Source of the DNA: a virus
Lineage: Duplodnaviria; Caudoviricetes
Virus record (IMG/VR): IMGVR_UViG_3300037467_002027
Coordinates: 1 to 31,149 of that record
Reading direction: 5' to 3' (one strand)
Length of the DNA: 31,149 nt
Positions 7,155 through 17,700 of the stretch are shown here, piece after piece. The notes beneath the pieces are model-generated. The model ran no database searches and was not told where the DNA came from. It was given only the letters and a program-made list of their open reading frames with translations. Both the position numbers and the translations under genes were made by a program. Within the stretch, counting starts at the first letter, position 1, and each line of letters begins with the position of its first letter.

Positions 7155-9319
7155 AACCCGAAGAAAAATCCGCCCGGATGTGTAAACGGAAAAACTCCCG
7201 GCGTGGGGACGCCCAGAACAATCGCGCCAGACCTCGGCCCCAGCCGATAATTTCCAGCCCCGACGCCGGAACCGTCATGGCTTTGATCCGATAAAAATCC
7301 CGCCGCAACAGGCGATCCAAAACTCACTGCGCCCCCCACAGGCTGGTTAGAATTCAAGCCCCAAAAATCTTGTTCGCCGCTGGACGATATGCCTTCGTTG
7401 AAATTGCCCCAACACCCAACACTCGTATCCACCGGCCAAAATCCCGTCAGCGTCGAATTGCCCGGCGTCCTCAGGTCCGCGCGATGGTTTCCCCGCGCCG
7501 AAAGAATATTCTGCTGGAACACGTAGTCCACGCATGTGAAGTTGTGCGGCGTCGCCCAATCGTTCTCATGATTGAAACGCTGGCCCACGAAAGTGTTGCC
7601 GCGAAACAAAAGATTCGTGAAGTTCGCGGACGAAATCTCCGCCAGCGGCGTGGCCGTCGAGCCAATTCGCTCCACCAAGTTATCCACCGCCGCAACGTTG
7701 TTTAGCGCCACGGCCGATGTCATAAAATAGCCGTCAGTTGAGCCAATGATGCGTGCGCCTTCGATGAGGAAATTCGACAAGCCCGTCGTCAACGGCTGCC
7801 AGATGTTTCCCGATGCTCCCGTCGCGCTGGTCACGCTCGCGCCAAAGACACAACTGGCATTCCCGAACACACTGGCCGTCGGCCCAACATAACTGCCATT
7901 CCGAATCAACCGCGCCCGCCCATCATTCCCTCCTGGCGACAAAAACGAACTCGTCGTGCTGCAATCCAAAAATTCAACGTCGGTCCCGGTATCGCCAGAA
8001 TACCACGATCCGAACGCATCAATCATATTCACCTTCTCGACGACCAACACGTTCGGATTTCCGGCAAAAATAATGTATGCGTTGGCAGACCGGTTGATCG
8101 TGAAATCATAAAATCGTTGGTAGCCATATTGGCTATGATTATCCCCCGCGTTCGCGTCAAAAATCACCTGCCCTTGCGTGGCTGAACCGTGGCGCGTGAT
8201 TGTAAAGTAACCATTCGCGGTCGCTTGCGCCCCGGTTTTGTCCCATCGATACGTCCCGGCCTTCAATTGAATCTCGCCGCCATCCAGCCGGTTCAGCGAG
8301 TAAAGAGAATTGTTAGCCGCCGCGATCTTCACAGCCGCCCCCTGCCATGTTTGACATGGACTCGCGTCCGCCGTCCCTTGCGTGGTCGACGCGACGCCGG
8401 ACGAATCGTTTCCGCTGGCTGGATCGACCACAGCGATCATTTTGTCCATCACCGTCCACGTCAGCGGCGTCAGTTGATAAATCGCGCCCGCATCCGCCAT
8501 CGCATCCAATGTTGCCGTCGAATCGCCCAGCCAAGGATACGCCGTGAAATTAATCGTCACCGCCTCGCCGCGCGTGAAACCCGCCCCCACCGACAAATCC
8601 AACGGGACCGAATAAACCCAACGCCCGTCACTCCGCTGCGAACGCGTTCGATTAGTCACACTCCCGCTCTCCACATGACCGCTTGTTCCGCCCGTGGCCG
8701 TCACCGTCACGCGAGCCACCTCAAACCGCGTCCCATCGCGCTCGCCGATTCCATATTTGTGGGCCAACGCGATTTCAACACTTGATAGTCCATTCACCGG
8801 CCTGCGATTCTCCACCGCGAAATGCCCAATCACCTTCGGATATTTCGCCGTCGATTGGTTCACAACCGAAGTGAACGTTTGCGCGGGCGTGCTGTTGGAA
8901 TACCAATTCGCCGAGAACGTCACGTTGCTAACAACGTCCGACGTATAAACCATGTCGCTCAACCAAAGCCGAATCACCGCATCGGACCCCGAGTTCGTAA
9001 TATCATTCGCGCTCGCCGAACTCGTTGAATACGGATAAGCCAGCCTCGCCACGCGCGTCACCACCACGCCGCGACGCCGCGCCACTGCATTCGTCGCCCC
9101 GCTATTTGCGTAACCCGGAGACCAGACATCCAACGTCACCGTCCCGCCAATATTATTCGTCCCCGTAAAACCAAAATTAAATCCCCCATTGGTGTCGATA
9201 TTCGAGACAGTCACCAGCAGAGTTGAACCTGACGACTCCACGTTCGCCTGTGTCACAGCGACCGCCGCTTCAACCGCGCTCGCAAAAAACACCAAACAAA
9301 TTGCCAAAAGAATTTTCAT
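7151..9319 (-). CDS. Large signal-peptide protein with probable C-terminal beta-helix (receptor-binding/depolymerase)
   Basis: Start reassigned to 9319: MKILLAICLVFFASAVEA-A. VDPASGND...SPCQTWQGA...IQLKAGTY and terminal NYRLGPRSGAI are typical of beta-helix carbohydrate-active proteins. Confidence 0.7.
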   Translation of the reverse strand: MKILLAICLVFFASAVEAAVAVTQANVESSGSTLLVTVSNIDTNGGFNFGFTGTNNIGGTVTLDVWSPGYANSGATNAVARRRGVVVTRVARLAYPYSTSSASANDITNSGSDAVIRLWLSDMVYTSDVVSNVTFSANWYSNSTPAQTFTSVVNQSTAKYPKVIGHFAVENRRPVNGLSSVEIALAHKYGIGERDGTRFEVARVTVTATGGTSGHVESGSVTNRTRSQRSDGRWVYSVPLDLSVGAGFTRGEAVTINFTAYPWLGDSTATLDAMADAGAIYQLTPLTWTVMDKMIAVVDPASGNDSSGVASTTQGTADASPCQTWQGAAVKIAAANNSLYSLNRLDGGEIQLKAGTYRWDKTGAQATANGYFTITRHGSATQGQVIFDANAGDNHSQYGYQRFYDFTINRSANAYIIFAGNPNVLVVEKVNMIDAFGSWYSGDTGTDVEFLDCSTTSSFLSPGGNDGRARLIRNGSYVGPTASVFGNASCVFGASVTSATGASGNIWQPLTTGLSNFLIEGARIIGSTDGYFMTSAVALNNVAAVDNLVERIGSTATPLAEISSANFTNLLFRGNTFVGQRFNHENDWATPHNFTCVDYVFQQNILSARGNHRADLRTPGNSTLTGFWPVDTSVGCWGNFNEGISSSGEQDFWGLNSNQPVGGAVSFGSPVAAGFLSDQSHDGSGVGAGNYRLGPRSGAIVLGVPTPGVFPFTHPGGFFFGL

Positions 9320-9323
9320 GCGT

Positions 9324-9956
9324 TCAGAATCCGAAATTTTTGCCGACCAAATCCCACTTTGTGTCATCCGAGTTATATTGGAACACTAGATAATCGGTCA
9401 GACTTCCCCCGCTCGTCGAAGTCGGCAGAGCAAGGTCTAGTGACCCGCGATATTGCGTCCCGAAACTGATCGCGCGCACACTGCTCGATTTCACCCGCAA
9501 GACGTATCGTTGAAAGGCTGTGGGCGTGCCCGTGGGATTCGCAAACGTGGTCGCCTGCGAAAGCGAAGTGAGTTTTCCGCCGTCGTAAGAATCGACATCC
9601 GGCGTCACCGTCGCCGCATCCGTCAAGGTCGCCACCCGTGGAGTAATCCGAATCCCCGTCAGCGTAGAAGTCGGCTGGGCATTTGTCTTTGTCGTGTCAG
9701 AGGCAACAAACACCTGCCCAGCCGTGGTCGCTGTGGTGTTCACCATCGTCCCGGTCGGCGCGCTCCCCCCTCCGCCCCCGCTCACACTCGAATAATAGTT
9801 GGCGTTCGTCCCAAGCGTGAGCACTTGGCCGGGAGTGGCGGTAGATTCGTTAATGGCCGAACGAACGGCCCGTCCTCCTCCCGGCACAGGAATGCTTTGC
9901 GAAAATACCAGCGCGACTATCGACCCAGCGAAAAGAAGGGAGAAAAGTTTTTTCAT
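9324..9956 (-). CDS. Tail-fibre-like protein with N-terminal signal peptide
   Basis: MKKLFSLLFAGSIVALVFS-Q; TLTDAATVTPD...TFANPTGTP...DYLVFQYNSDDTKWDLVG resembles a phage fibre C-terminal domain. Confidence 0.7.
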   Translation of the reverse strand: MKKLFSLLFAGSIVALVFSQSIPVPGGGRAVRSAINESTATPGQVLTLGTNANYYSSVSGGGGGSAPTGTMVNTTATTAGQVFVASDTTKTNAQPTSTLTGIRITPRVATLTDAATVTPDVDSYDGGKLTSLSQATTFANPTGTPTAFQRYVLRVKSSSVRAISFGTQYRGSLDLALPTSTSGGSLTDYLVFQYNSDDTKWDLVGKNFGF

Positions 9957-9957
9957 G

Positions 9958-10491
9958 TTAATACTCGAAAGTGAAGTTGACGGTTACGGTTCCGCCGTTT
10001 CCGTACGTCGGCGTTCCGGTGGTCACGCAAGCAACTGATAGATTTGAGGACGTGGAAGAAAGGCGCATCCACAGGTCAAGCAGGGATCGCGACAAAACGC
10101 CTTTGGAGTCAGCGGTTGTGTAGTCGGCTGGATCGATGTCCAGAATTCCGACCAGATTCGTAAATGAACTGCCGAAAGCGAATGCCGCGTTGTCGGTCAG
10201 AGTCGGCGCGGTTCCGTTGAAGAAAAAGAACTTCAAATGCGCGTTTTGGCCTGCTGAATCCAAGAGTGTGATTCCGGTTAGTTTAACGATCATTCCAGCC
10301 GCGCTTGTGACGTTCGTCAGAACCTGAACGGTTCCAACCGAATCGCCGGAAGTATAGGCTGTTCCGCTCGCGCTTGTGAACGTTGCTGAAAGAACATTGT
10401 GAACGCCTTTAGTGGTTTGCTGCGCCGAAACTGATACGGCCAAAAAGGTGAGCAGTGTCGCTACCGAAAAATATCGCTGAATGAGTTTCAT
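9958..10491 (-). CDS. Signal-peptide virion-associated protein
   Basis: MKLIQRYFSVATLLTFLAVSVSA-Q; TAYTSGDSVG and DNAAFA motifs recalled from phage minor structural proteins. Confidence 0.7.
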   Translation of the reverse strand: MKLIQRYFSVATLLTFLAVSVSAQQTTKGVHNVLSATFTSASGTAYTSGDSVGTVQVLTNVTSAAGMIVKLTGITLLDSAGQNAHLKFFFFNGTAPTLTDNAAFAFGSSFTNLVGILDIDPADYTTADSKGVLSRSLLDLWMRLSSTSSNLSVACVTTGTPTYGNGGTVTVNFTFEY

Positions 10492-10526
10492 TGTGTCTCG
10501 CTTTGTTTGAATCGTTTCGTGTTAAA

Positions 10527-12299
10527 TCAAAAGAAGGCCCTTACGTCCTTGGTTGCGGCGGCAGTCAAGGTTAGATTAGTCGTGCCCCAGGTCCAATTCA
10601 CCGTCACGCCATCAACATTCGTGCCGATCAACATTTTCCCATCAACCAGAACAAAGTTAGGAATCTGCGGTGTCTGTCCGTTCACAAAGGAAAACGTCGT
10701 CTTGATTCCGTCTGGCGTTTCCAGCGGCGCAATCCCGACTGTGCTGATGCTCCAAATTCTCCCGCCATCCAATGGCGGAGGTACCGGCATATAAGCACTC
10801 GTCCCTTGCATGTGCGTGCTCGCATCCTTTCGGCAATTGATGATCGTAGGCTTCCGCGTCTGCGTCACATTCCCGTTCACAAACTCGCAATCGTTCCGCG
10901 AAGAAATCGCCACGTAGCAATTCTGGAGCGTCGGCGAAACGTTGATCGCATCAACCCGACAAAACACCGCCGGATTGCAAATGCTCGATGCCAATGGCCC
11001 GGTGTAGCTGAACTTCAAAATGCTCCGCGTCCCGGTCACCCCGCATTCCACGTTGTTGATTTGGAAACCCGCGCAACTGGATGCGTAAAATAATCCGAGA
11101 GACGGATTGCAATCCGCTTCCTCGATCCGCATTCCATTAATGAAAACGGTACCGCTCGTCGTGCAGCGCAAAATGCCGTTCCCGATATTTTCAAACGCCG
11201 CCCGCCCTCCGATATTAATTGGCCCGCCGTTCACGCTGCGATCAAACGTCGTGTTTTCAAATCCGCCCGCCGATGGCGTGTTGTAATCGCCGTTCACTCC
11301 GATTAAAATTCCCGTCCCGAAGATTCCGGTGAAGGCGCTATCTCCAAGCCAAAGACTCGTCGAAACGTTGTTCGCGTCATTCGTGGCCCGATACCGCGTG
11401 TAGCCGTTGAACGCCGTTCCGAAGTAACTCATTATCACGCCATACGCGCAGTTCCCCACGTCCCAGTGGTCGAAATAGGCATTGTAACTGCCGATGTATC
11501 GAATCGCCGCTCCGCGCGTGAATCCGAAAATCCTGTGCCGCCCGGCATTGGCATGGATAAACGAAAGACCCGATTCCTGAACCCGGAGTCCATCCAAACT
11601 CGCCCCATACCACGCCCCGCCGTAGGTCAAATCCTGCCCCGGAATCATTATCAGACTCACGTCGCATGCGCCGCGATCTCCCGCCAGGACCGCGCACCAA
11701 AGCGGATTCGGTTCGGCTATCCCATGCCCGAAATTGTTAGTCGGCGGTCGCTGAAAATAAAGCTCGCCTTCCCCAACGAGTCTTACGCCTAAAGGAATGC
11801 TCAACGATGGCAATCCGTCCGACCGCGCGCTGATGTAGTATTTGCCCTTCGGAAGATTTACTTCGTAGCTAGTGTTATCCAGCACGTCATCAATTCCGCC
11901 GGGGCCTTGTGTGTAGGCCGAAGTAATCGCCGCCTGAACGGCAACGCGATTGTCTGTGCCGGTGCCTGCCGTTGAAAGTCCGCCCGTGTAATCGCCAACC
12001 GCGCTAAAGTCTGTTGCGTAGATAGTTGGAACGTCGCTTGCAATCGGTCCTAGAATCCATCGGCCAACTCCGTTTGGTGGAGCAACGACAGTTGGGAGTG
12101 GGCTGTAATTGTTCGTCGCGAGCGAAGAACCGGGATCGTAAACAAACAATCGGCTATGGTTCGTAGATGCCAGTATCGCGGCGCGAGAAGTCGGCGTGAT
12201 CGTTCCAAGCTGCGAAACGTTTGTGACAATGATCGGATATTGCGTCTGAGCAAACACCGAAAGGCAGAACGAAAGAATTAAGGCGAGCCTGCGAATCAT
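10527..12299 (-). CDS. Tailspike-like pectate-lyase-fold beta-helix protein with signal peptide
   Basis: MIRRLALILSFCLSVFA-Q; ATDFSAVGD...TDNRVAVQAAI...VNLPKGKYYIS is the pectate_lyase_3-type N-terminal motif. Confidence 0.8.
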   Translation of the reverse strand: MIRRLALILSFCLSVFAQTQYPIIVTNVSQLGTITPTSRAAILASTNHSRLFVYDPGSSLATNNYSPLPTVVAPPNGVGRWILGPIASDVPTIYATDFSAVGDYTGGLSTAGTGTDNRVAVQAAITSAYTQGPGGIDDVLDNTSYEVNLPKGKYYISARSDGLPSLSIPLGVRLVGEGELYFQRPPTNNFGHGIAEPNPLWCAVLAGDRGACDVSLIMIPGQDLTYGGAWYGASLDGLRVQESGLSFIHANAGRHRIFGFTRGAAIRYIGSYNAYFDHWDVGNCAYGVIMSYFGTAFNGYTRYRATNDANNVSTSLWLGDSAFTGIFGTGILIGVNGDYNTPSAGGFENTTFDRSVNGGPINIGGRAAFENIGNGILRCTTSGTVFINGMRIEEADCNPSLGLFYASSCAGFQINNVECGVTGTRSILKFSYTGPLASSICNPAVFCRVDAINVSPTLQNCYVAISSRNDCEFVNGNVTQTRKPTIINCRKDASTHMQGTSAYMPVPPPLDGGRIWSISTVGIAPLETPDGIKTTFSFVNGQTPQIPNFVLVDGKMLIGTNVDGVTVNWTWGTTNLTLTAAATKDVRAFF

Positions 12300-12904
12300 A
12301 AACCTTTCCTTCTGAATCCGCCGCCGCCTGCGGTTAAAACGTATTCACTTGGCGCATTGTCAGCAGCAATGGACACGTCGAATTCGTACGAGGCGAGCGC
12401 GCCGTTTTCGTCGGACATAACAAAGAGAAGTCGATACTGAGAATTGATTGGCCTTGGCAGGGCCTTCATCTCCGCGATGGTCGCAACGGATAGCGGGCGC
12501 GTTGCTGTAGCCGTCGCGGCGTCGGATTCCACGACAGGCGAAAGGGATTCGACCACCTCGAACGTCGGACGTTTCCGATCAGGGAATTCGGTTGTCGGCG
12601 CAGAGAGTGGTCGAATTAAAAGGGTTGTATCGGCAAGCGTGATTTGCCATTCGTAACGAAACACGCCGGGAGTTGATATGTCGTCCGAATCAAGGTTCCT
12701 GCGAACAACCGCAGAGGTTGCCGCGCCCACAGAGGGCGAAGCGGAAACAACGACGCCGGACTTCGCAATGCTTGCGCTTCCAATTTGGCAATAAGCGAGC
12801 ACAACCAAACAGCCCGTCAAATTAACAGCATCGTCGAACGTGACTGTATCTTCCAATGGCGTGCCGGTGTCGCCTTGATTTATGATATGTTCGGGCGCGC
12901 TCAT
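12296..12904 (-). CDS. BppU-N-like baseplate/fibre adaptor protein
   Basis: IINQGDTGTPLEDTV...VNLTGC...DISTPGVFRYEWQITLAD pattern. Confidence 0.65.
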   Translation of the reverse strand: MSAPEHIINQGDTGTPLEDTVTFDDAVNLTGCLVVLAYCQIGSASIAKSGVVVSASPSVGAATSAVVRRNLDSDDISTPGVFRYEWQITLADTTLLIRPLSAPTTEFPDRKRPTFEVVESLSPVVESDAATATATRPLSVATIAEMKALPRPINSQYRLLFVMSDENGALASYEFDVSIAADNAPSEYVLTAGGGGFRRKGL

Positions 12905-13245
12905 GTTTTCATTTCACCCGATCCCCAAAAGTTCAGGATACAGAATTCGGCAAACAGGCCCGTCTTTGCCTCAATCAATCCGCGCGCTGAAGCCGGGCAG
13001 CCGCAGAGCGCACAACGATCATCGGATTTGCGGTAGCGATTGCATTTGTTTGACCGGCAAATCTCCTGCCGCTTAGCCTTTGTTTCGTCCGATACCTTCA
13101 GCGGATTTCCGCGCGCAACGCTTTTAACAGAGCGCACGACCGCGCTTCCGAAATTGCGAGCCATGCGGAACACGGACGGCAACGGCGGTTCCACTTCGCC
13201 CGCGCGCGAAACAAACTTGCGGCCTTTTTTGAAGGTCAAGCTCAT
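12901..13245 (-). CDS. Cys-rich protein (DUF6171-like)
   Basis: RQEICRSNKC...RCALCGC...FCILNFW. Confidence 0.65.
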   Translation of the reverse strand: MSLTFKKGRKFVSRAGEVEPPLPSVFRMARNFGSAVVRSVKSVARGNPLKVSDETKAKRQEICRSNKCNRYRKSDDRCALCGCPASARGLIEAKTGLFAEFCILNFWGSGEMKT

Positions 13246-16200
13246 GTTTCGTAAACCTCCGGTTCGACCATCGGAACGACGATAATTGCCGATCCTGCAT
13301 CGTTCAGAGCGGTGAATGTCAGGCTTCTATTAGATGAGCCGCTTACTTCGTCGAATCCAGAGCCGGAGCTTGCGTCAGGATATGTGCAAACAGAGAACGA
13401 ACCAGCCGGGGCCGCGCCTGCGTCAAATTTCCCGTTTGAAAGCAAAACGCATTCGCTCGCATGGTCCGAGTGATCGTCAACGAACTTGTAACCGTCCGAA
13501 CCATTCCAGAACGCGCCAGGACCGCCGCCAGTTCCGGGAGAGCATGCAGTGTCGGCAAAGTTTGTTGTCGTTTCTTTGCGCGGCGTATCCGTAGACCCGA
13601 CAATGGTGCCAATGACGCCAATGTTTCGATTGTCGATCAAGTCTTGAAGGTTTGGCGGGATGGCGTTCTCGAATCCAGAGACAACCGCGTAGCGATATTC
13701 AATATCGTTTTTGGATGCCTGAAGGCCCAAGTCCTGACTTCCACTTGCCGATGGCCCGCAAACAAACAAAGCCGCGCCCGAAGATGCCGTGAAAAATCCA
13801 ACTGGCCCCCACCCGCCCGTTGATGTCAAAACCGGCGAAGGAGGCGTTCCCTCGTAAATCGCGGCCACGGACGCGCCGGGCGGACAGACTCCGCTTCCCC
13901 ATTGCGGAGCAGCATCGATTGTCGTCGAGTAATTGAGACTTCGCGCCTGAAATTCCATCAGGCCCTCAACTCGGAATATGTAGAGTTCGTCGAGACACGC
14001 GGCGATCTGGTTAAACGTGTTCGCGTCGAGAACAGTGTTGGCAACCGGGCCGTGCCCTTTGCCGATTGTTCCGCCGCCGAACGCTTTGAACTTCAGATTT
14101 TCGTATGTGAAATCGAAAGGCTTTGAACCGCCGCCGCAGATATTGTTTACCGACGAAAACTCATCAACCGCGCCCTCGCACCAGCACTTGAGCTTAATTT
14201 CCAGCTTGAATAACTCATCCATCGTGATGCGCGTGTCGTGATCGTCCAAAATGTCATTGCCATCGAGGTATGGCTTCTTGACCAGCGACGTGAAAAACAG
14301 GCGCGGGAAAATGCAGCCGAACGGCTTGTCATCGAGGCTTTGAAGGCCAGCAATGCCGCCGTTTTGTCGATAGGCTCCGTCGCCTACCTTCCAGCTTCCA
14401 TGCGTGCCGGTGGCGAGGTAGTAGAAGTATTCGCGCAATCCGTTATCGGTCGTGCGATATGGTTCGGCCCGCACCGCCGCCATGTCCCAAGTTAGCGGGT
14501 CCGGCCCGAACGTAGTCGGCGCGCTGGGGTCATGCTGAAACGAGGCTTTGAAAACCAGCCGAACAACGTCGTTGCCGCCCGCATCAAATTCGACCGTCGC
14601 GGATTCAATTTCGTATGGGGCTTTGTAAATCGGACAGGACGAGCAGAAATCAGCCGATGCGCTCGCGTTCGCGCCAAGCGAGTAGTTGTATCCGCTCGGA
14701 AGCTCCGGCGAAAGGTGAAGCTGGCGGAATGTCGGATCGTTCGTTGGGTAAACTGGAATGTCGGCAATCGCCGTTAATGGCGCGGGCAAACTAAATGCGT
14801 AAGTGTGGCAACGATTTCCGCGAACGTACCAGTCGGCGTAATGGTCTGGATACCAAAGCGAGGACGGTGAAGGGTGTTCAAAGTGAAACTCCTCAGACAT
14901 CAGCCATTCGTTCGTCCAGCCCTTTTTGGCGGCAATTGGCCTGATGCCTTCGTATTCGAGAAGCAGCGCGTCTCCGTTTGTGTCGAACGTCGAAATTCCA
15001 GAGCCGATGAATCGTTGCTGGTGTGTGAACTTGCGCCCGCCGTAAACGATGCTTCCGCCCGAGTGTGAGCGGACAATGTATTCGACGCCTTCAACTACTG
15101 AATCAACTCCGTTGTAACTTGGGGCGATTCCTTCAAACAGGTCCGCCTTGATGTTTTTAAGGCCGAACGCGTAACGCTTCGCGCGAATAATTGGACGGCC
15201 TTGCGAGTCGGTTTCGTAGCTGAGAAGTTCCTGTCGCCGGACCATCCTGAACAGAGAATTGAGCACGCGCCGGTGGGCATCATAAACGGGGCTCTCGTTC
15301 AGCGCAGATTCCACCGATCGTACGCCAGCCGTGTTCGTATTAACGACGCAACCAAGCCGCTGATAATCCTTGTAGATTCCATTCGCGCGGTCGCACAGAA
15401 CGCCGCCGCCGTCAATGAATGGCGAGGTGTCGTTTTCATCGCCGCCGATAGTTGCTGCCAGGCGAAGTAGCATCGCTGCGTCCCAATGGTCCGGCTTGTA
15501 ATTCAAAATTTCGTTTGCCTCGAAAGAGATTGTGCCAGGCGATGAAAAATGCGCGTCGGTTGCGAGCCTCACTTTGAGTGGCGATGGAACAACGGCGTCG
15601 GGAATGTAAATTAAAGCCTGAGGTTGTTCCGGCGTCAGCAAGAGCGAAGCGATAACGCTTTTGTCGTTCAGAACCTCAACCGTGACAGGCGATGAAAGAT
15701 TCGTGGCCTTTGCAAAGCAGCCGGTGAAAACGAAACCCGGAAAGTACGAGTGCCCGTCTTGACCGTTGAATTTTAGCGGCGTGCCGGTTGTCAGAAATGC
15801 GCCAGAAGCCGTAGCGGTCGGATAGGCAACATCCAATTCAATGCCGTTATCGAATCCAATGTTCGGCGAAAGGTGGTATTGCTTCCCGAAGAACGCCTCG
15901 AAATCGAAGGCGATCTTTTGAATGTCGAAACTGTCTGGATTGCGCTGGCCTTCCGTGCCGCGAAAATCGTTTATGAATGCCCACGCCGCGCGCGAGAAGT
16001 GTTCGGCATTGTAGCGTGTCAGTTCGCCCTCGCCAGTGTATGGCCCTTCGATCCAGTCTGAGGTTGGCAGAACGTCGATTCCATCAAGGAAAACGACAAC
16101 GAAATAGCGCGAGCCTCGGCTTATGTCCTGAACATCGTTGCCGCCGAATAGCGTCGTATTCCAAGGGCAGGTTCCTGAATAGGTGATAACCGATCTACCA

Positions 16201-16928
16201 TCAGCATCGGTTGAAACTGTGCCGTGATTGGGTGGAACAAAAACGCCGTCTTTAAGCGCAGTGAACTTGATTTGATACGAGGGAATCGGGAAGCCATCGC
16301 TGCCGCCGCAATCGTCAAGCAGCTTGATCGGCGTCGGGAAAAATCCGCCCGTTGTTTTGCCGTGCGGAATTCCAGTGTTCCAGAAAACGTTTTGCACCGC
16401 TCGCGCGGCCTCAATCACAGGCACGTTCTGTTCTCCGGTGAAAGGATCGTAAACGCCGCGTTGCCGCTTCGCCACTTCCCACCATTCCTCAAGCGTCTGC
16501 GCGGGCCGCGCTAATCCAAACCACAAATCAACCGCGCCTAGTCGCGTTTCTTCGTCATCCAAATTGGCCGTGACGTTTCCGTACTGATAAACGACCGGCG
16601 GGCATGTTGCGTTTGATCCTTCAGGTTCGCCGGGGCCAGCGACCGGAAACGTAGGAATATCATTTTTTGGATTCAGGTAAGCGTAAACTTCCCAATATTC
16701 ACCCATTGATGGCGTGTTTCCGGTTTCATCCGAGTTCCGAATTTGCCTAGCCCAATTGATGCAATAATCGCAGAGCCGATAATGGAAGTCGCCAAGGCCG
16801 GAACGATCTTTCACGTTCGCGGCATTTGCTAGGCCAGCCATATCGGACGCAAGCGGAATGTCTCCCGGCTCGACCTGTGGCGCGATCAGGAATTCCAAGC
16901 TCATTGCGATGATTGCGAGCAGATTCAT
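13242..16928 (-). CDS. Large tail-tip/central tail protein (1228 aa)
   Basis: Long ORF coupled to both neighbours, downstream of the tape measure; function by synteny only. Confidence 0.7.
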   Translation of the reverse strand: MNLLAIIAMSLEFLIAPQVEPGDIPLASDMAGLANAANVKDRSGLGDFHYRLCDYCINWARQIRNSDETGNTPSMGEYWEVYAYLNPKNDIPTFPVAGPGEPEGSNATCPPVVYQYGNVTANLDDEETRLGAVDLWFGLARPAQTLEEWWEVAKRQRGVYDPFTGEQNVPVIEAARAVQNVFWNTGIPHGKTTGGFFPTPIKLLDDCGGSDGFPIPSYQIKFTALKDGVFVPPNHGTVSTDADGRSVITYSGTCPWNTTLFGGNDVQDISRGSRYFVVVFLDGIDVLPTSDWIEGPYTGEGELTRYNAEHFSRAAWAFINDFRGTEGQRNPDSFDIQKIAFDFEAFFGKQYHLSPNIGFDNGIELDVAYPTATASGAFLTTGTPLKFNGQDGHSYFPGFVFTGCFAKATNLSSPVTVEVLNDKSVIASLLLTPEQPQALIYIPDAVVPSPLKVRLATDAHFSSPGTISFEANEILNYKPDHWDAAMLLRLAATIGGDENDTSPFIDGGGVLCDRANGIYKDYQRLGCVVNTNTAGVRSVESALNESPVYDAHRRVLNSLFRMVRRQELLSYETDSQGRPIIRAKRYAFGLKNIKADLFEGIAPSYNGVDSVVEGVEYIVRSHSGGSIVYGGRKFTHQQRFIGSGISTFDTNGDALLLEYEGIRPIAAKKGWTNEWLMSEEFHFEHPSPSSLWYPDHYADWYVRGNRCHTYAFSLPAPLTAIADIPVYPTNDPTFRQLHLSPELPSGYNYSLGANASASADFCSSCPIYKAPYEIESATVEFDAGGNDVVRLVFKASFQHDPSAPTTFGPDPLTWDMAAVRAEPYRTTDNGLREYFYYLATGTHGSWKVGDGAYRQNGGIAGLQSLDDKPFGCIFPRLFFTSLVKKPYLDGNDILDDHDTRITMDELFKLEIKLKCWCEGAVDEFSSVNNICGGGSKPFDFTYENLKFKAFGGGTIGKGHGPVANTVLDANTFNQIAACLDELYIFRVEGLMEFQARSLNYSTTIDAAPQWGSGVCPPGASVAAIYEGTPPSPVLTSTGGWGPVGFFTASSGAALFVCGPSASGSQDLGLQASKNDIEYRYAVVSGFENAIPPNLQDLIDNRNIGVIGTIVGSTDTPRKETTTNFADTACSPGTGGGPGAFWNGSDGYKFVDDHSDHASECVLLSNGKFDAGAAPAGSFSVCTYPDASSGSGFDEVSGSSNRSLTFTALNDAGSAIIVVPMVEPEVYET

Positions 16929-17515
16929 TAAGCGAGCGCGCCGACTGCGATATTCGCCATGCGTGGCGCACCGGTAGCCGATTTGGCATACCAGCTTGTT
17001 CCGTCCGCTTTGACCGGCAGTGGGCCAGCAAATCCAGTAACGTCATTGCCGCGAATCAAAAGGAATTCTGTAATCGGAATGCGGCCCCAAACACCGGAGC
17101 TTCCGAGGTAAACCGCGACATCGCCAACTTTCCAGTTGATGCCTTGCGAAGTGCCGTCCGAAATGATGTTCCGATAATTGCCAGCGGCGGCCAATGTGTT
17201 CGGAACAGATGCGCCCGCCTGAGTTGGCGTTCCGTCCAGAGTAAACCCGGTGCTCGGAACTACCGGCTTGCCGACCGTAATATCTTCGCCCGTGGTAACA
17301 GAGAGATTCAGCAACTCTAAAAGCGTGACTTCGTTCCACGCAACCGCGCCAAAACTAAACGCTTGCCAGCTTGTCGAAAGGGTATCAATTCCGGTTGTCG
17401 CCTCGGAAACCGTCGCGAGATTGCGGGTCAGAGATGTCTGAGCGATCCCAATGTTTACGCCTGTGCCGTCGATTTTCGCCGAAAGGCTTCCGGTGAGTTG
17501 TGCGGTATCTGCCAT
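16928..17515 (-). CDS. Minor tail/structural protein
   Basis: Beta-rich 195 aa ORF with an internal WKVGDVAVYLGSSGVW motif; synteny. Confidence 0.65.
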   Translation of the reverse strand: MADTAQLTGSLSAKIDGTGVNIGIAQTSLTRNLATVSEATTGIDTLSTSWQAFSFGAVAWNEVTLLELLNLSVTTGEDITVGKPVVPSTGFTLDGTPTQAGASVPNTLAAAGNYRNIISDGTSQGINWKVGDVAVYLGSSGVWGRIPITEFLLIRGNDVTGFAGPLPVKADGTSWYAKSATGAPRMANIAVGALA

Positions 17516-17520
17516 AAAAG

Positions 17521-17700
17521 TTAAGCCCAGCGCGCTACGGCGTTGGAATTGTTAGTTGTTTGAGAGTTTGGCGGAGATGTTACTGGCCTATGAGAGACGC
17601 CCTGCGTAGTCCACGACGTTAAAATTCCAACCGTCCGAACCGGCCTAAGCGCAGAAGTCGTTTGCTTCAATTCTCGGATGTCTCGCATGAATCGGCGCAT
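17521..17700 (-). CDS. Small tail-region protein (59 aa)
   Basis: ATG at 17700 overlaps the upstream TAA (TAATG); MRRFMRDIRELKQ... Confidence 0.6.
   Translation of the reverse strand: MRRFMRDIRELKQTTSALRPVRTVGILTSWTTQGVSHRPVTSPPNSQTTNNSNAVARWA

Noticed and set aside
6750-12299. Diversity-generating retroelement or invertible tail-fibre cassette
   Set aside because: No reverse transcriptase, template/variable repeat pair or flanking inverted repeats were seen.
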